64,000 nt of DNA from Octopus vulgaris (taxonomy: Eukaryota). Position numbers and translations under genes: made by a program. The stretch spans positions 39,060,001-39,124,000 of the forward strand of contig OX597820.1 of the NCBI GenBank assembly GCA_951406725.2, in the 5' to 3' direction. The notes under the pieces are model-generated. The model did no database searches, had not been told where the DNA came from, and saw nothing but the letters and a program-made list of their open reading frames with translations. This document shows, piece after piece, positions 38,797-52,080 of the stretch. Numbering within the stretch: position 1 is the first letter of the stretch; each line of letters starts with the position of its first letter.

Positions 38797-39299
38797 TACA
38801 TATTTACATATGTATATAGAGAAGAAAAATGACAGATGACAGACAGGTTATTAGATATATAAGTAGAAAGCTAGCTAGCTTTTTAGGAAAATGTTATTTT
38901 ATTATTATTATCAAAAGCAATTCATTTAAGAGTTTCCTTGTTTAACAGGAAATTTTTGTTCAAAAAATTTACGAAGTAATAAAAAGGTACAGAAAAATAT
39001 GCACTATCATACACAAACGCAAAACCATACACACACACACATACACACACATACGTTAGCGAAGAGAGATATTGAATTGTCAAACAGAATGTCAACAATC
39101 AAAAAAAGAAAAAAAAAGTAATAAAGACGCAACACACTCAGCTGCTTCCACTTAAATGCCATATCCTTTTAGTATTTCATATCCTTTTAGGTTTCGTATC
39201 CCATTATTCCAATGCAATGTTAACCCATTTCCGATTTGTAGCGGCGAAATTAGTAATAGTCGCGTATATCTCAGGTGGTCGCTTGCGAATATAAATAAC

Positions 39300-40220
39300 C
39301 CAGCATTTGGCAAACAGTGAATGGAGAACGAAAATGTTGAGTGGAAGATACATTTAAAGCATAACAGTCTTTAAAAAAGTATAACAGTCTATTTCCCAAA
39401 AGTCTGGCAGCAAAAGCAATTACAGATAGAGTTTGCATTTAAAAGTTCGCAATTATAGAACTCTCTTTGAAAAGGTCTTTGCAGCACTCCAGAGGCTTTC
39501 CGATTAGCTTAAAAGGTGCGTACATACAAGATTTATCCACAACAGTCTCCACCTCAGTGAATACATCAAATGGCAGCGCGGCACTAGATCTCAGTTTGCT
39601 AGAGATTTGATCACTCTCAATCAGTGTAAGAAACGGTCGATTATTGTTAGATTAGCAAAGTCGAAGCAGTTCTTGCTTCGGCACCTTTTCCCAAGACTGC
39701 AGCGTAACAAAGAGGAACTATATCTGTTCTACGTCCAAACAGGCTTTTATCGTAACTCTTTTTTCTTGAAACTCCCGGACCGCCAAACATATTGCTATCT
39801 CCTCTAATTTATGTTTTGGAGCCTTTGCTGCAGGGATTTGAGATGGATGTTAATTGGCACTCCATCTGAACTTGGTCAAAAGAAAGCCGTATCTGCATAA
39901 ACATACTTCGTCATGAATAGTGTGTTAAGGATATCAGAGGTCGAAGTGGTCAGTACTGTCTTTGAAGAGTTCTATGAGAGAACCAAAATATGCATTTATC
40001 TCCATCAGACTGTTCGTTGAGAATACAGCACCAGGAAATCCAAATTCATATAGGAGGGTGGCTATTGTCGGAGCAAGAGTGCAGTTAAGAACCTCAGTAT
40101 CATTCAGACCAGAATTCCAACTGAATAAAATCTGAAAGTACTTGCCAGCAGCTAGGTATTGGTTCGGGCTCTTAAAAATTGGACTGATCCTGGATATTAG
40201 ATTGGTCTTTCCGTTATTAA
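39300..40220 (-). mobile_element. Highly decayed CR1/jockey-group LINE RT region
   Basis: Minus-strand scraps VLNCTLAPTIATLL, YEFGFPG, KYVYADT (cf. YADD) and FLKTVML*MYLPLNIF (cf. FFPRTxxLWNxLP) occur in RT order. Confidence 0.5.
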
Positions 40221-40255
40221 GATAACTGCATGCACGTATATTTGTATATATATAT

Positions 40256-40650
40256 ACTCTTTTACTCTTTTACTCTTTTACTTGTTTCGGTCATTTGACT
40301 GCGGTCATGCTGGAGCACCGCCTTTAGTCGAGCAAATCGAACCTGGGACTTATTCTTTGTAAGCCTAGTACTTATTCTATCGGTCTCTTTTGCCTAACTG
40401 CTAAGTGACAGGGACGTAAACACACCAGCATCGGTTGTCAAGCAATGCTAGGGGGGACAAACACAGACACACAAACACACACACACATACATATATATAT
40501 ACATATATACGACAGGCTTCTTTCAGTTTCCGTCTACCATATCCACTCACAAGGCAGAAGACACTTGCCCAAGATGCCACGCAGTGGGACTGAACCTGGA
40601 ACCATGTGGTTGGTTAGCAAGCTACTTACCACACAGCCACTCCTGCGCCT
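40256..40650 (-). mobile_element. SINE family A, near full length
   Basis: (ACTCTTTT)n tail through to the head ...CCACACAGCCACTCCTGCGCC. Confidence 0.9.
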
Positions 40651-40839
40651 ATATATATATGTCTAATGTTCATCTCATTTCTCTCCTTTTCTGTTTTCTT
40701 TTATATAAGCTAACACTAATTGTAACCTGTCCTTGTAATGTCTCCCTCATCGGACGCTCATGGGACTAATAAATTAAATCATCATCATCATCGTCGTCGT
40801 CGTCATTATCGTCATCGTCAATATCTTCATCAGCATCAT

Positions 40840-41290
40840 GGTTTTACGTTCTGAGTTCAAATGTCGCTATGATCAACGTCATCTCTCAAGGGACGATAAA
40901 ATATAGTACCAGTCAAGTACTAGAGTCGATGGTACCAATTAGCTCCCTTTCACAAGCCTTGTGCTAAAATTAGAAAGAATTGCCATTAGGCAGAACCGTT
41001 ACCATTCTGGAAAAATGTTTAGCAGCATTTCGTCGCCTTTGCATATAAGTTCAAATTCCGCCGGGACCGACTTGGAGCTTCTTTCTTCGGGATCGATAAA
41101 ATAACTACTAGATAAATAGTGGTGTCTTTATAATCGACAAGCCTTCACCGCACCACCCAGCTCAGTATTTCTTCTGGTTCTTTATATTCCGCATTATGAT
41201 ACTTTCGAGGTAAGTTTTTACAGCGGTTAATGTTATCGACATACCCAGTCCCATATAAATGCCGGCCGTGTGCGAAATTGGAAATCATTA
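40840..41290 (+). mobile_element. Cluster of degenerate SINE family B copies
   Basis: TTCTGAGTTCAAAT, GATAAAATATAGTACCAG and AGTTCAAATTCCGCC...GATCGATAAAATAACTAC. Confidence 0.7.
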
Positions 41291-41450
41291 TTATTAATCA
41301 TTACATAATTTTCATAATAATAAATTAATGTCGTGTATATAGGCTAAATTTGTTCGGGTAATTTATATTTAGCCAAATAAGAGAACTTTACGATATCAGT
41401 CTCGTTGATCACTACAGAACTGGTCGAAACATAATCCAATACATACAATA

Positions 41451-41835
41451 AGGCGTAGGCGTAGCTGTGTGGTAGAGAGCTTGCTTTTCAACTACATAGT
41501 TCTGGGTTCAGTCTCACTGCGCAGCACCTTGGGCAAGTACTTCTGTTATAGACTCAGGCCGACCAAAGCCTTGTAAATGGATTTGGCCTATCGTATGTAT
41601 GTATGTGCGTGTGTGTGTGACTGTCTTTGTGTCTGTGTTTCTCTCCTCGTCACGGCTTGACAACCAGTGTTGGTGTGTTTGTAGCAGTTCAGCAAAAGAA
41701 ACTTATACAATAAGTACTAGACTTTAAAACAAAAAATAAGTCCTGATGTCAATTTGTTCGACTAAAATCCCTAAAGGCTCTGCTCCAGTATGGTCTCAGT
41801 CAAATGACTGAAACAAGTAAAAGAATAAAAGAATA
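41451..41835 (+). mobile_element. SINE family A-related subfamily
   Basis: AGGCGTAGGCGTAGCTGTGTGGTAG...GGGTTCAGTC...TGACTGAAACAAGTAAAAGAATAAAAG. Confidence 0.85.
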
Positions 41836-42059
41836 ATATTTTCATAAAAATGTGCACCCTTCTATTGATGTTCTGATTGTGTTGTTCTCATCAGTCTCTG
41901 AGAAATAATGTCTAACGTTTTGTATATGTGCATTTTCTTCTTAGGTCTACTGGTACATCCCTGGACATTATAGAAGTCTCGATTGCTGAAATATTACGGT
42001 CTATTCTTAAAGCATTTACAAGATGACTCCCACGCGCTTTTTCACTCTCCCTCTATCCA

Positions 42060-42096
<37 letters not shown>

Positions 42097-42185
42097 TACT
42101 ATTTGTCGAGTGGCAATAATATGACTGACACATTTACGCACAAATTAGAATTTAGGCAAGTAAACCCATAGAAATCTGTGAGATG

Positions 42186-42233
42186 AGCAGCGACAGTAGA
42201 AGCGGCAGCAGCAGCAACAGTAGCAGTAGCAGC

Positions 42234-42302
<69 letters not shown>

Positions 42303-42309
42303 GGTGGTG

Positions 42310-42371
<62 letters not shown>

Positions 42372-42399
42372 GGTGGTGGTGGTCGTCGTCGTGGTGGTG

Positions 42400-42433
<34 letters not shown>

Positions 42434-42457
42434 GTGGTGGTGGTGGTGGTGGTGGTG

Positions 42458-42513
<56 letters not shown>
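42186..42513. repeat. Compound (AGC)/(AGT)n/(GGT)n trinucleotide microsatellite
   Basis: Directly visible; it explains the poly-S/G/V/W ORFs. Confidence 0.95.
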
Positions 42514-42514
<1 letters not shown>

Positions 42515-42898
42515 CGATGTATTTAAGAAGTGACAGTTAGAACCGTTTTGAATGATTCACTCTCCCTCTACATTCTGCATTCTCTGCATCACAATTATCA
42601 GTAGTAACCTCGTCTCAAGATGATGATCATCATCATCGTCATCATCGTCGTCGTCGTCGTCGTCGTCATCATCATCTACCATGAACTATTTGCTGAATGT
42701 GACTGAATCTCTATAGGAAATAACAAAATAACATATCTTCTCCATGCCATTATCCATTGTCAAATGTGCACTGTCATTGTGATGGAAGTTGACAGGTGCA
42801 CTTGTGAGTTATCCCAAGGAGAAGAATGAAAGGACAGTCACTAAAAGAATGAACATACGAAGCACAAACATAACCAGAATCTTAATATAGATAGATAA

Positions 42899-42966
<68 letters not shown>

Positions 42967-43372
42967 AGACGGACGATAGAGTAGAAAGTAAGATAGAAGA
43001 ATAAAGACGCATCTCGCATCGCTATAATGGTCGCGAATTTTAACTCGCAAACACGATTTTACTTCAGTCATAGCGTAGGATCGACCAAGGCATTCTGTAT
43101 AAAATTTGATAGACTTTAACTGCAAGAATTCCATGAAAGAGTTTTTTTCCCCTCTTTTGTTTATAAGACTTAGTGGCTTGTGCAGTTTAAAACCACCACC
43201 TTTTTCACGGGTATGTTTAGCCGAATTTATTCTATAGCAGGTAGTGTAGCCATTTATCTGGCTTTAGATTGATTCGCTTCATTCTTGTCTCAAGTGGACG
43301 CCCTGACAAAATTCAAGAATGTTTCTCTTTCGCTTCTGACAGTATCAACAGCAAAATCCAATATATATATAT

Positions 43373-43538
<166 letters not shown>

Positions 43539-43753
43539 CACAACTCAACTTTGTTATATATATAGCGGTATATATATATATATATATATAGCGGTTGTAT
43601 ACTGTAAACATAACGTGGCAGTCCCGTAAAGGGAATCACATTACCGCTATTTAGCCCTAGGAAGCATCGACGCTTCCTGTCGGCTTCGACATATTTCCTG
43701 CGTCCTTATATTTACGAAGGGGAGACAAGCACCCCCAACAGCTAGGCCTGCAT

Positions 43754-43797
43754 CCAGAGACATGCGTGTTTCTGAGTCTTGCTGATCATTAGTCTGG
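43754..43797 (-). ncRNA. Degenerate type I hammerhead motif (core CTAATGA)
   Basis: The minus strand reads CCAGA CTAATGA TCAGCAAGACTCA GAAA CACGCATG TC TCTGG: perfect 5-bp stem I, GUC triplet and near-palindromic helix III, with a G5A mutation and one stem II mismatch. Confidence 0.6.
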
Positions 43798-43902
43798 AGT
43801 GTCATGGCCTGCTAGCTGAAGATGCTTGTAAAGCCTTCGTAAATATATATTTTTTCAGTGAAGTTTATTCACAGATTACCAAGATTAGAAATAAATTTTA
43901 TA

Positions 43903-43962
<60 letters not shown>

Positions 43963-43967
<5 letters not shown>

Positions 43968-44397
43968 CTTTTTGGTTATCTCACTCCTAATAAAAAATTG
44001 GCTTGTCTCCCCCAACTAAAAAAAATTGTTTAAAACAAAAAGAAAAGATTGAAAATTAATAAACGTGAAAAGTGAAAACATTAAACATCTTGTTGAATCT
44101 GATAGTATTTTTATAACAGAGTATACAAAACTGAAAACAATTAATGAACATGAAAATTGAAAGAGTTAATGAACAAGAAAATTGAAATATTAAACATCTT
44201 ACTGAATCTAATAATAAATCATACCACGCCTGTTGAGGAGGCCAAAAGTCAACAATATATTGAAGTATTGAATCAAAAGTATCTAACCCTTTTAATACAA
44301 CCTCTTGTCGCAACATAAACTCAACTTTTTAATGGGGAGATAACCCAATTTTGAATGGTAATTTTTTTAATGGGGATTAGATAACCAAAAAGTACCG
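43963..44397. mobile_element. ~435-bp non-autonomous DNA transposon (MITE) with 18-bp perfect TIRs
   Basis: GGTACTTTTTGGTTATCT (43964-43981) and AGATAACCAAAAAGTACC (44379-44396); internal subrepeats; (TA)n on the left. Confidence 0.85.
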
Positions 44398-44426
44398 ATA
44401 TTGTACAGATATCATATCAGTGTATA

Positions 44427-44502
<76 letters not shown>

Positions 44503-45360
44503 TTCCTGATAATAATAATAAAGAAAATTAGAAGTAATGAAGGTTTCGTTTTTTATCTTATTGACACACAGCTATAAATGGTTTTTGGATTTTCTTTAAA
44601 AAAAATTAAATTAATGATGTACTACGAAACTCTTTACGTCTTGAAATCTATATCTGACAAGGAGAATCAATGTTTATCTCTTTGCTGAATTGACCCAGTA
44701 TATTTCTTTTCAAAATAGAAAAGATTTCACATGTCAGTTGCTAGTGACAGGTCAATGAGATCAGAAATAGGTCAACAAGTTTGTATAGCAACTAAATTCC
44801 ATTTATGATATATGATGGAGAGTCTAGTAGTATTTCATTATACTTTAGATACTTCTAAATCCTTTGGCTGCTGGGTGAGCAATTGTCATCCTCATGAAGG
44901 ATACTGAGCCAGAAACACCTGCCCACGCAGTCTCATTTGGCTGTGACCATGAGGAGGTATCATCTTCAAGGGGTTTAATCAAACAAATCGACCCCATGAA
45001 TTATCTTGTTGAAGCTTTACTTTATGCATGTCAGTTTGGGAGAAAATTCTTGAATTTTGAGACTATCTTCCCTTTCCCTAGTGGAGTTGGTCATAATAGT
45101 CAGTTGGTAATTATGATACATCCCATAGAGTCGGAGATAAATTTAACACAATAAGAATTTTAGTTGTAACGTATTTCAGATACCGATATCTATCTATAAT
45201 CTGTGTACGTACATGCAGATTCATGTGGTTTAACATGGTTGAAATTTAATATGAGCTATGAGCAATTAATAGCATATTAATGCATAATGTGTAACGATAT
45301 GTAAATTAGTTTAATTCCTATACTAGAATTCGCTGATCGTGTGTATATACACGCATACAT

Positions 45361-45403
<43 letters not shown>

Positions 45404-45409
<6 letters not shown>

Positions 45410-46285
45410 CGACTCCTTCACCTGCACTTCTACCAATGTCATCTACTACATCTCCTGCTCTCTCTGCCCTTCTCTATACATCGGGCAAACGGGAAGTCGC
45501 TTGGCTGACCGGTTCACGGAACACCTCCGAGACATCCGACTCGACAATGACACCCCATTTCCGCTCTACCGGTTACTCTTTGCAACAACTGTGTGTTCGG
45601 ATTGTCCTTGCACAGGGGCCATCCGGACTCCTGTTTGCGCAGTGTACAGGAATTAATCTTCTCTTTTCGCCTATTTGCCCCACATGGGCCCAACTTTCCT
45701 TCCCTCTCGTCTCTCCCTCTCACACCTACTTCCTCCCACTCACCTCTCCTCTCTTGCTCCGCCCCTACTTCTTCTCTTCATTCCTTTCCTTCTCTCTTCT
45801 CTTCACTCCTACCCACCTCCTCCCGTCTCCCTCTCTCTTCATCTTCACCTCTCTCTCGTAACCCCATCCCTTACGCCACCTGCATCCTCACCCTAGGGGA
45901 TACAGGTAGCAATGACCATTTCCCTGCCCCACATGCACACACCTACACATAAACACACGCATACGTCAAGGTCACCAGCCCACTCCCAGACGAACATACC
46001 TGTTCTCGTATACACACGCACAACTTCGCCTTGGGATCACCACTATTTTATTATCTCCCCTTCTTCCTAGCTCTATTGTGTGACCACTCTGTCCAGCATT
46101 CGCCATGATATACCGCTAGCCACTACATATTCTTTATTTTCCCTCCTTGTTTCTTTCTGTAGAAGAGCGTAGGCTCGAAACGTTGATGACTTTTTCACTT
46201 CCTGAGCGTTAAACTAATACATCTGTTTGTTGTCTACACCACTTTTCTTCGTCTTTTGTCTTTTTGTGAATTCTCCCTACATATA
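45404..46285 (+). mobile_element. Penelope-like element 3' fragment: GIY-YIG endonuclease pseudogene plus 3' UTR/pseudo-LTR
   Basis: ITDSFTCTSTNVIYYISCSLCPSLYIGQTGSRLADRFTEHLRDIR (VIY...YIG motif with R and EH), a frameshifted continuation ...VQELIFSFRLFAPHGPN, then a pyrimidine-rich UTR; (TA)n on both sides. Confidence 0.92.
46157..46184 (+). ncRNA. Degenerate minimal hammerhead-like motif in the Penelope 3' region
   Basis: CTGTAGA A GAGC-GTAG-GCTC GAAAC GTT: perfect 4-bp stem II and an ACGT palindrome as helix III; the core deviates from CUGANGA and stem I is weak. Confidence 0.45.
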
Positions 46286-48349
46286 TATATATATATATGT
46301 ATGTATGTATGTATGGATGGATGGATGGATGGACGCATGTATGTATATATATGTATGTAGGCATGCATATGTATATGTATGTAAGTTTGTATGTATGTAT
46401 CAATGGTAGCTAAGAGGTAACAAAAACATGAACGTAAACGCAAGACTCTGTCTCTCCGTCCCTCCGGCACCCCTGTATCTGAGTCTACATTTGCTCTACA
46501 TAGACATATTATACCCTTTTGGAATCAGGATGGTCCCAGGATTGAAAATCTGCCCTTCATTTGGTTCTTGAACATCCAGCATTGGGAACAGGTCGTATCC
46601 TAACAGTTGAAAATTCAAATTTAAAAAAAACTCCCAAAATTTGTGAACGTGTGTCAGTGATTGTGTGTGTATGTATTTGTGCTTGTGTGTGCTTGTGTGT
46701 ATGTGTGTGTGTGTGTGTGTGTGCGTGTGTGTGTGTGTATGTGTGTGTGGGGGGGTGTAAATTTTCCTTTATTTCCCACGTAGAAGCAGATCTGCAGATA
46801 TGGGAAAAATAGCTCGCAGTAATGCCGCAGCACCCGTTTATCTATATACAGTGAAGTCAAAAATTTGAAAATTGAGAATGGTTCAAGAATAGAAAAATAT
46901 CAGGTTTCCAATTACTATGTGACGAAAAAGAAAGATTCCTATAGACGTTTTATGAAGTTGACTGAATAACGCATTAATTCATGTTATCAAATATTATTTA
47001 TTTACGTGATGTCCATGAATGAAAGTTCTTTCATCGACACACTAGTAAAAATAGATAATGCTACTATGGTAAAAAAAAACGAAAAAGAAGAGAAAATAAA
47101 CATAATTTTACTTAGAAGAGGACAGAAAATGCGATATTGCGAATTGATATTATTTTTTATTCATTTTGAATATGCTCAGTATTTTAGACAAACTCAAAAG
47201 AATTTGTCTTGCGAAGACGCAATTTTGTTTGTTGTGTCTTCGAACGAAGTATATCTCGTAATAGCTAGTGCAGCTGCAATGGCTGTGTTTGTCATTCAAA
47301 AGCGATTGTTTGTGCATGGTAACTTGTAGAAGAATATTTAGCTTGAAATAGTTGGTGAAGCTGGAATAACAATGGCTGTAATGCTGCTTCAATTAGGTGA
47401 ATAGCAGTGCAGCAATTTTCATTATATTCTGTTTGAATAGAGATACAGAGCAGTCTACTGCATCTTTTTGTGTAGTAAACTCCAAATAGGTAAGAGTCAC
47501 CTTTGAGCTAAAATAGCATATTTGATCTATGCAGACTGTGGTCCATTGTTAGCCATTAGTTTTCTGGAGTAATCGCAATATCTGTCAATCATAGTATCAA
47601 GGAATTCGCCGGCTCGATCTGAACTACGGCTCTTACAGACAAATAATTTTGCAAGGAATGCTATTACATTAGCGCCACATCTTTTTTTTTTTTTTAGAGA
47701 AAAGTAGTTGTTTGTTGTTGCAACACCATAAGAAAGAGGAAACTAGAACTGGTCTAGCTCTAGCAGAACTAAACTAAAACAACAACATGAAAAATAACCA
47801 AGAAAAATATTCAGTATGTTGTATCAGCTATAAATAGAATTGTATGCTGTTATAATACAAGAATATATTTTGATTACTAAATATTGCTTTCTAAGAGAAA
47901 ATTATTTCTTGGAGATATATTATGTAGAGAATATGGAGCTTCTTATTTCTAGAATGCTATTTTCGGTAGTACGATTTTCACTATTGATTCTGTTTAAGTA
48001 ATCCTGTATAGGATTATCTAATACTGTCCTTCATCTTTTAGACTTGATTTGACAAAATCTACGAATAAATATTTTTGGAGAAAACATATACACAATCTTT
48101 ATTATGAATTCGTGGAAAACTTAAGGTTTTCTAAAATAATCTGAAGGGTATAAATGCGTAAATTTTGTACAGGCAGGGAGGAAAATCGATTGCATGGAAT
48201 TAATTGCTTGACTGGTACTTATTAGATCGATCCTCAAGGAACTAAAATCATAATTGCCTCCGGTGGTATTCGATATCAGAAAGGGTATTGCTAATTCTTC
48301 CTCAATGATTTATGACGCTCATCTTATTCTGCTATTCACTATTCATTTA

Positions 48350-48750
48350 TCCTTTTCCCTGTTGTACTTGTATCAGTCGTTCGTCTGCGACCATGCTGGA
48401 GCATCGCTTTAAAGGATTTTAGTCGAAGAAATTAACCCCATGACTTATTCCTTGTAAACCAAGTACTTATTCTATTAATCTCTTTTGCCGAACCGTTAAG
48501 TTACGATGACATAAACGCACCAGCATTGATTGTCAAGCGATAACGGTGGAAGCACACATACACACACACACATATTTATATATATGTATATACGATGGGA
48601 TTCATTAAGTTTCCGTCTACGAAATCCACTCACAAGGCTTTGATCAGCGCAATGCTATAGTAGAAGACACTTGTCCAAGGTGTCACGCGGTGGGACTGAA
48701 TCCGGAACCATATAGTTAGGAAGCAAGCTTCTTACGACACAGCCACGCAT
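48350..48750 (-). mobile_element. SINE family A
   Basis: CCATGCTGGAGCATCGC...GCCGAACCGTTAAGTTACG...GTGGGACTGAATCCGGAACC...CACAGCCACGC. Confidence 0.88.
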
Positions 48751-51506
48751 ATTTATCCAATTAAACTTTACTTAATTAAAATTACTTTTAACATGGACAT
48801 AATGTCACACAGACGTTGATCTTGGAAGGATCTTAATCACAAGCTTCAAGGAACATAACCAAATACTACATTTGATGGTCCACATATTATACTATCCAAT
48901 ATCATTTAAGTAATAAAAAACATAATGGCTTTCTAGCAACTTAGACAATTTGAAAAGTCATTAGACCGTTAGAAAAATACCTCGCAGTATTTTTCCAGCT
49001 TTCTGTATGCTAAGCTCAAATCCCGCCATGGTCACCTTTACCTTTCACAAATTCGAATTGATAAAGTACCAGTTCTGGATTTACATTCGTAAAATTGTTA
49101 GAGATTAAGGCGAGACTATATATCTTTTGATATTTTTCCAGTAGTTTGCATTCTGATATTTTCTTTCATTTCTTACCACTAACCCTCTCGTAGAAAGAAA
49201 CTGGATTTACAGGACTCGGCTAAAGGGGCACATCAAAATCTCAGTCATATCAAAATCGCAACCGAGTTGACACTACCTTATGATAAGATAAAATGTAGAA
49301 AAGAAAACAAATGGATTTCTGAGGGCACAAGACACAAATTTTAGTGAGAAAGGATATGATCGATTAAGTAGACTCATGGAGATAGTATGTTTAATCGATC
49401 ATTTCAATACCCACAAAACATCGTCTCTAATATATAACTGCATATTTATTTAACTAATCCTGTAAGAATGACAATGTTTAATGTTGCAGTAATTAAAATG
49501 AAAACTTAAAGCAACTAGACTGTGATAGGTATATACTATTTTACTTTCACTGTTAAAAAAATCATTTTATATTAGATATTAAACGAAAACGATCATTTCA
49601 ATTCCAGCGAACATCATTTAGATAGAGGATATTTTATGATTAGTTCAGGCCGTTATAAACTTTCGATTTCAGATTGAGAATATTTCAATTCACTTCATCC
49701 GCCAATGCCCCTATGTTGGATGCAGACGATTGAAATTGCTTTTTCATAATAAATGCTTCTGTCTATACCATCAGAAAAGCAAATTTCATTCTTTTGATTA
49801 CGAGTCCCACTTAAAAGGATTTCAGAGTCTATTTGCTACGAACATGATACAAACAAACCCAATAATGTAGTATTCAGGAGCGTAGTGTGCTGGTAAATAA
49901 TTTGGTGATTTCGCTCACTGGCAGAGGGCCATTTCAATGAATAATTGAATAGACGCTAGTACGGCTGTGGCAATAATATTTTCGCTGTGGAAGGGTAAGA
50001 AAGCAATCAAATTTGGTGTGATTTGAATAGAAAATATACATAGATCTAAATGAAGCACCGTAGGGACTTCCCTGACTCTTTACAGTCTATATCAATCCAC
50101 GAAACTTAGTTCTCTGAATAATAATAATTATGATAATACGAAAGATTTCAAATTTTGCACCAAGGCAGTAATTTTAAAGTGAATGTGCGTAGTTTAGTCC
50201 GTCGTTCCACTGTCCACTGGTATTTATCTATCCGACCACCGAAAGTGTAAAGATACAGTTGACCTCGGTGATATTTTATCTCAGAACGTAACTAAAATAT
50301 TCATAACCTGATGAAAATATCCCATCCATTTCCAAATTTACATCAATTATAATTTGTTGTTATTTATGTTATTACAAGTGATGTTAAAATATTTGAGAAT
50401 AGTGCGTTTAGCTACTAGTATTCTTTTTGAACCTCATAGTAGTATGTTAGAGCATTGGATAGCTGAATCATGGTGGATTTGTGTAGTGGATAGCAGAAGG
50501 ATACCTGACAAAATACACCAAGATGTTTAGCTACGTTCAATTTCTTCTCTTTACATTTTGAATGAAAATTACACCGAATTTCTCATTACATACCTTCATT
50601 TGATAACAAAAGTACCCATCAAATACTGATACAGGTTTAATCAACTATGTTGTGAGATCTTGTTCCAATATAAAAATCAATATGACAGCGGTTTAGTAAC
50701 TTGATGCTAACAATACGGATGTTTTTTTCGGCTTCTATTTTTGTTTCTCTATTAAAATGAGAACTACGTCTCGACTGACATTAATCATGTCATTCTTAAT
50801 CTATATCAAATTGGGAGCTATTGCTTCAGATACAAATGAGTTTCCTGCAGATTATTGTCATAATGGTTTCTTACTGATATTAAGCCCGAAGGAGCAAACT
50901 GTAACTACAATCATGTTCCATACTGAATGTAATATAAATACTGATATTAGTGTCGAACAAATAACTTGGTAATATTTTGAATCACGACATATTTGATTAT
51001 TATTTATTCTTTCTAGATTAAAAAGCACAATGTACATAGCCTTTAGATATGTTACCGTGTGAACGACAGCTTTCTACAGAGTTAGGGAAACCTATTTTTT
51101 TTGTAGAAAAGTTCCTTTCGGTAAATTAATATTGCACGTCAAAAACATAACGGCGAAATGTATGTATATATATATATATATATATATATAAGTCATCATG
51201 TGGGACTTGATTTCCCAGTTAACACGAAATTCACAATAAATGCGACTCTGCTCGCTGCATTGACTCCAGCTATCAATAAATTTTTTCCATTGTTATTCGT
51301 AAACTAATGTACCGAAAATGCCGCCACTTTGACATGTATGTGTATTTATGTAGAAATACACAGACGCACACGCACTCACATACATACACACAGCACACCA
51401 CCATATATATGTATACTCGTGTAAGCAAAAATAAAACAATAATGTGCATACATATAAATACCTATGTGCAAGTACATATGTAAATATATGTATATATATA
51501 TACATG

Positions 51507-51551
<45 letters not shown>

Positions 51552-51668
51552 TACTTATGCCTTCTAGTATGTATATATATGCATATATATATATACATAT
51601 ATATATAAGGATATATATATATATATGCATTTATATATATATATACATATATATATGATATATATATA

Positions 51669-51712
<44 letters not shown>

Positions 51713-51729
51713 CATACATGTACACACAC

Positions 51730-51778
<49 letters not shown>

Positions 51779-51828
51779 GGAGAGAGAGAGAACGAGAGAA
51801 AGAGATAGAGAGGAGGAGAGAGAATTGT

Positions 51829-52080
51829 AAGATTAAACGATAAATACATAGATGCAGAATGAGATAGACTGGAAACTAGAGAGCCAGTAAATATACCCAA
51901 AGAGAGATTTAAGTTTTGAATGTTGATATGTTTCTACATCTAAATTCCAAGACAGTTTTCGATGCTAATGCTTCTGTCCAATACATTTATTATTAAGTAT
52001 TCAATACGTGAATGTAATATGTGCAGCAGCGTACTCTAAAAAATGCAATCCAATTGACATCAACAATTTTACACTGAAAT
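51829..52080 (+). repeat. Left arm of a ~250-bp inverted repeat
   Basis: Reverse complement of 53563-53821 with scattered substitutions. Confidence 0.9.

Noticed and set aside
42183-42540. Ser/Gly-rich protein ORF
   Set aside because: It is a pure trinucleotide microsatellite with no exon signals.
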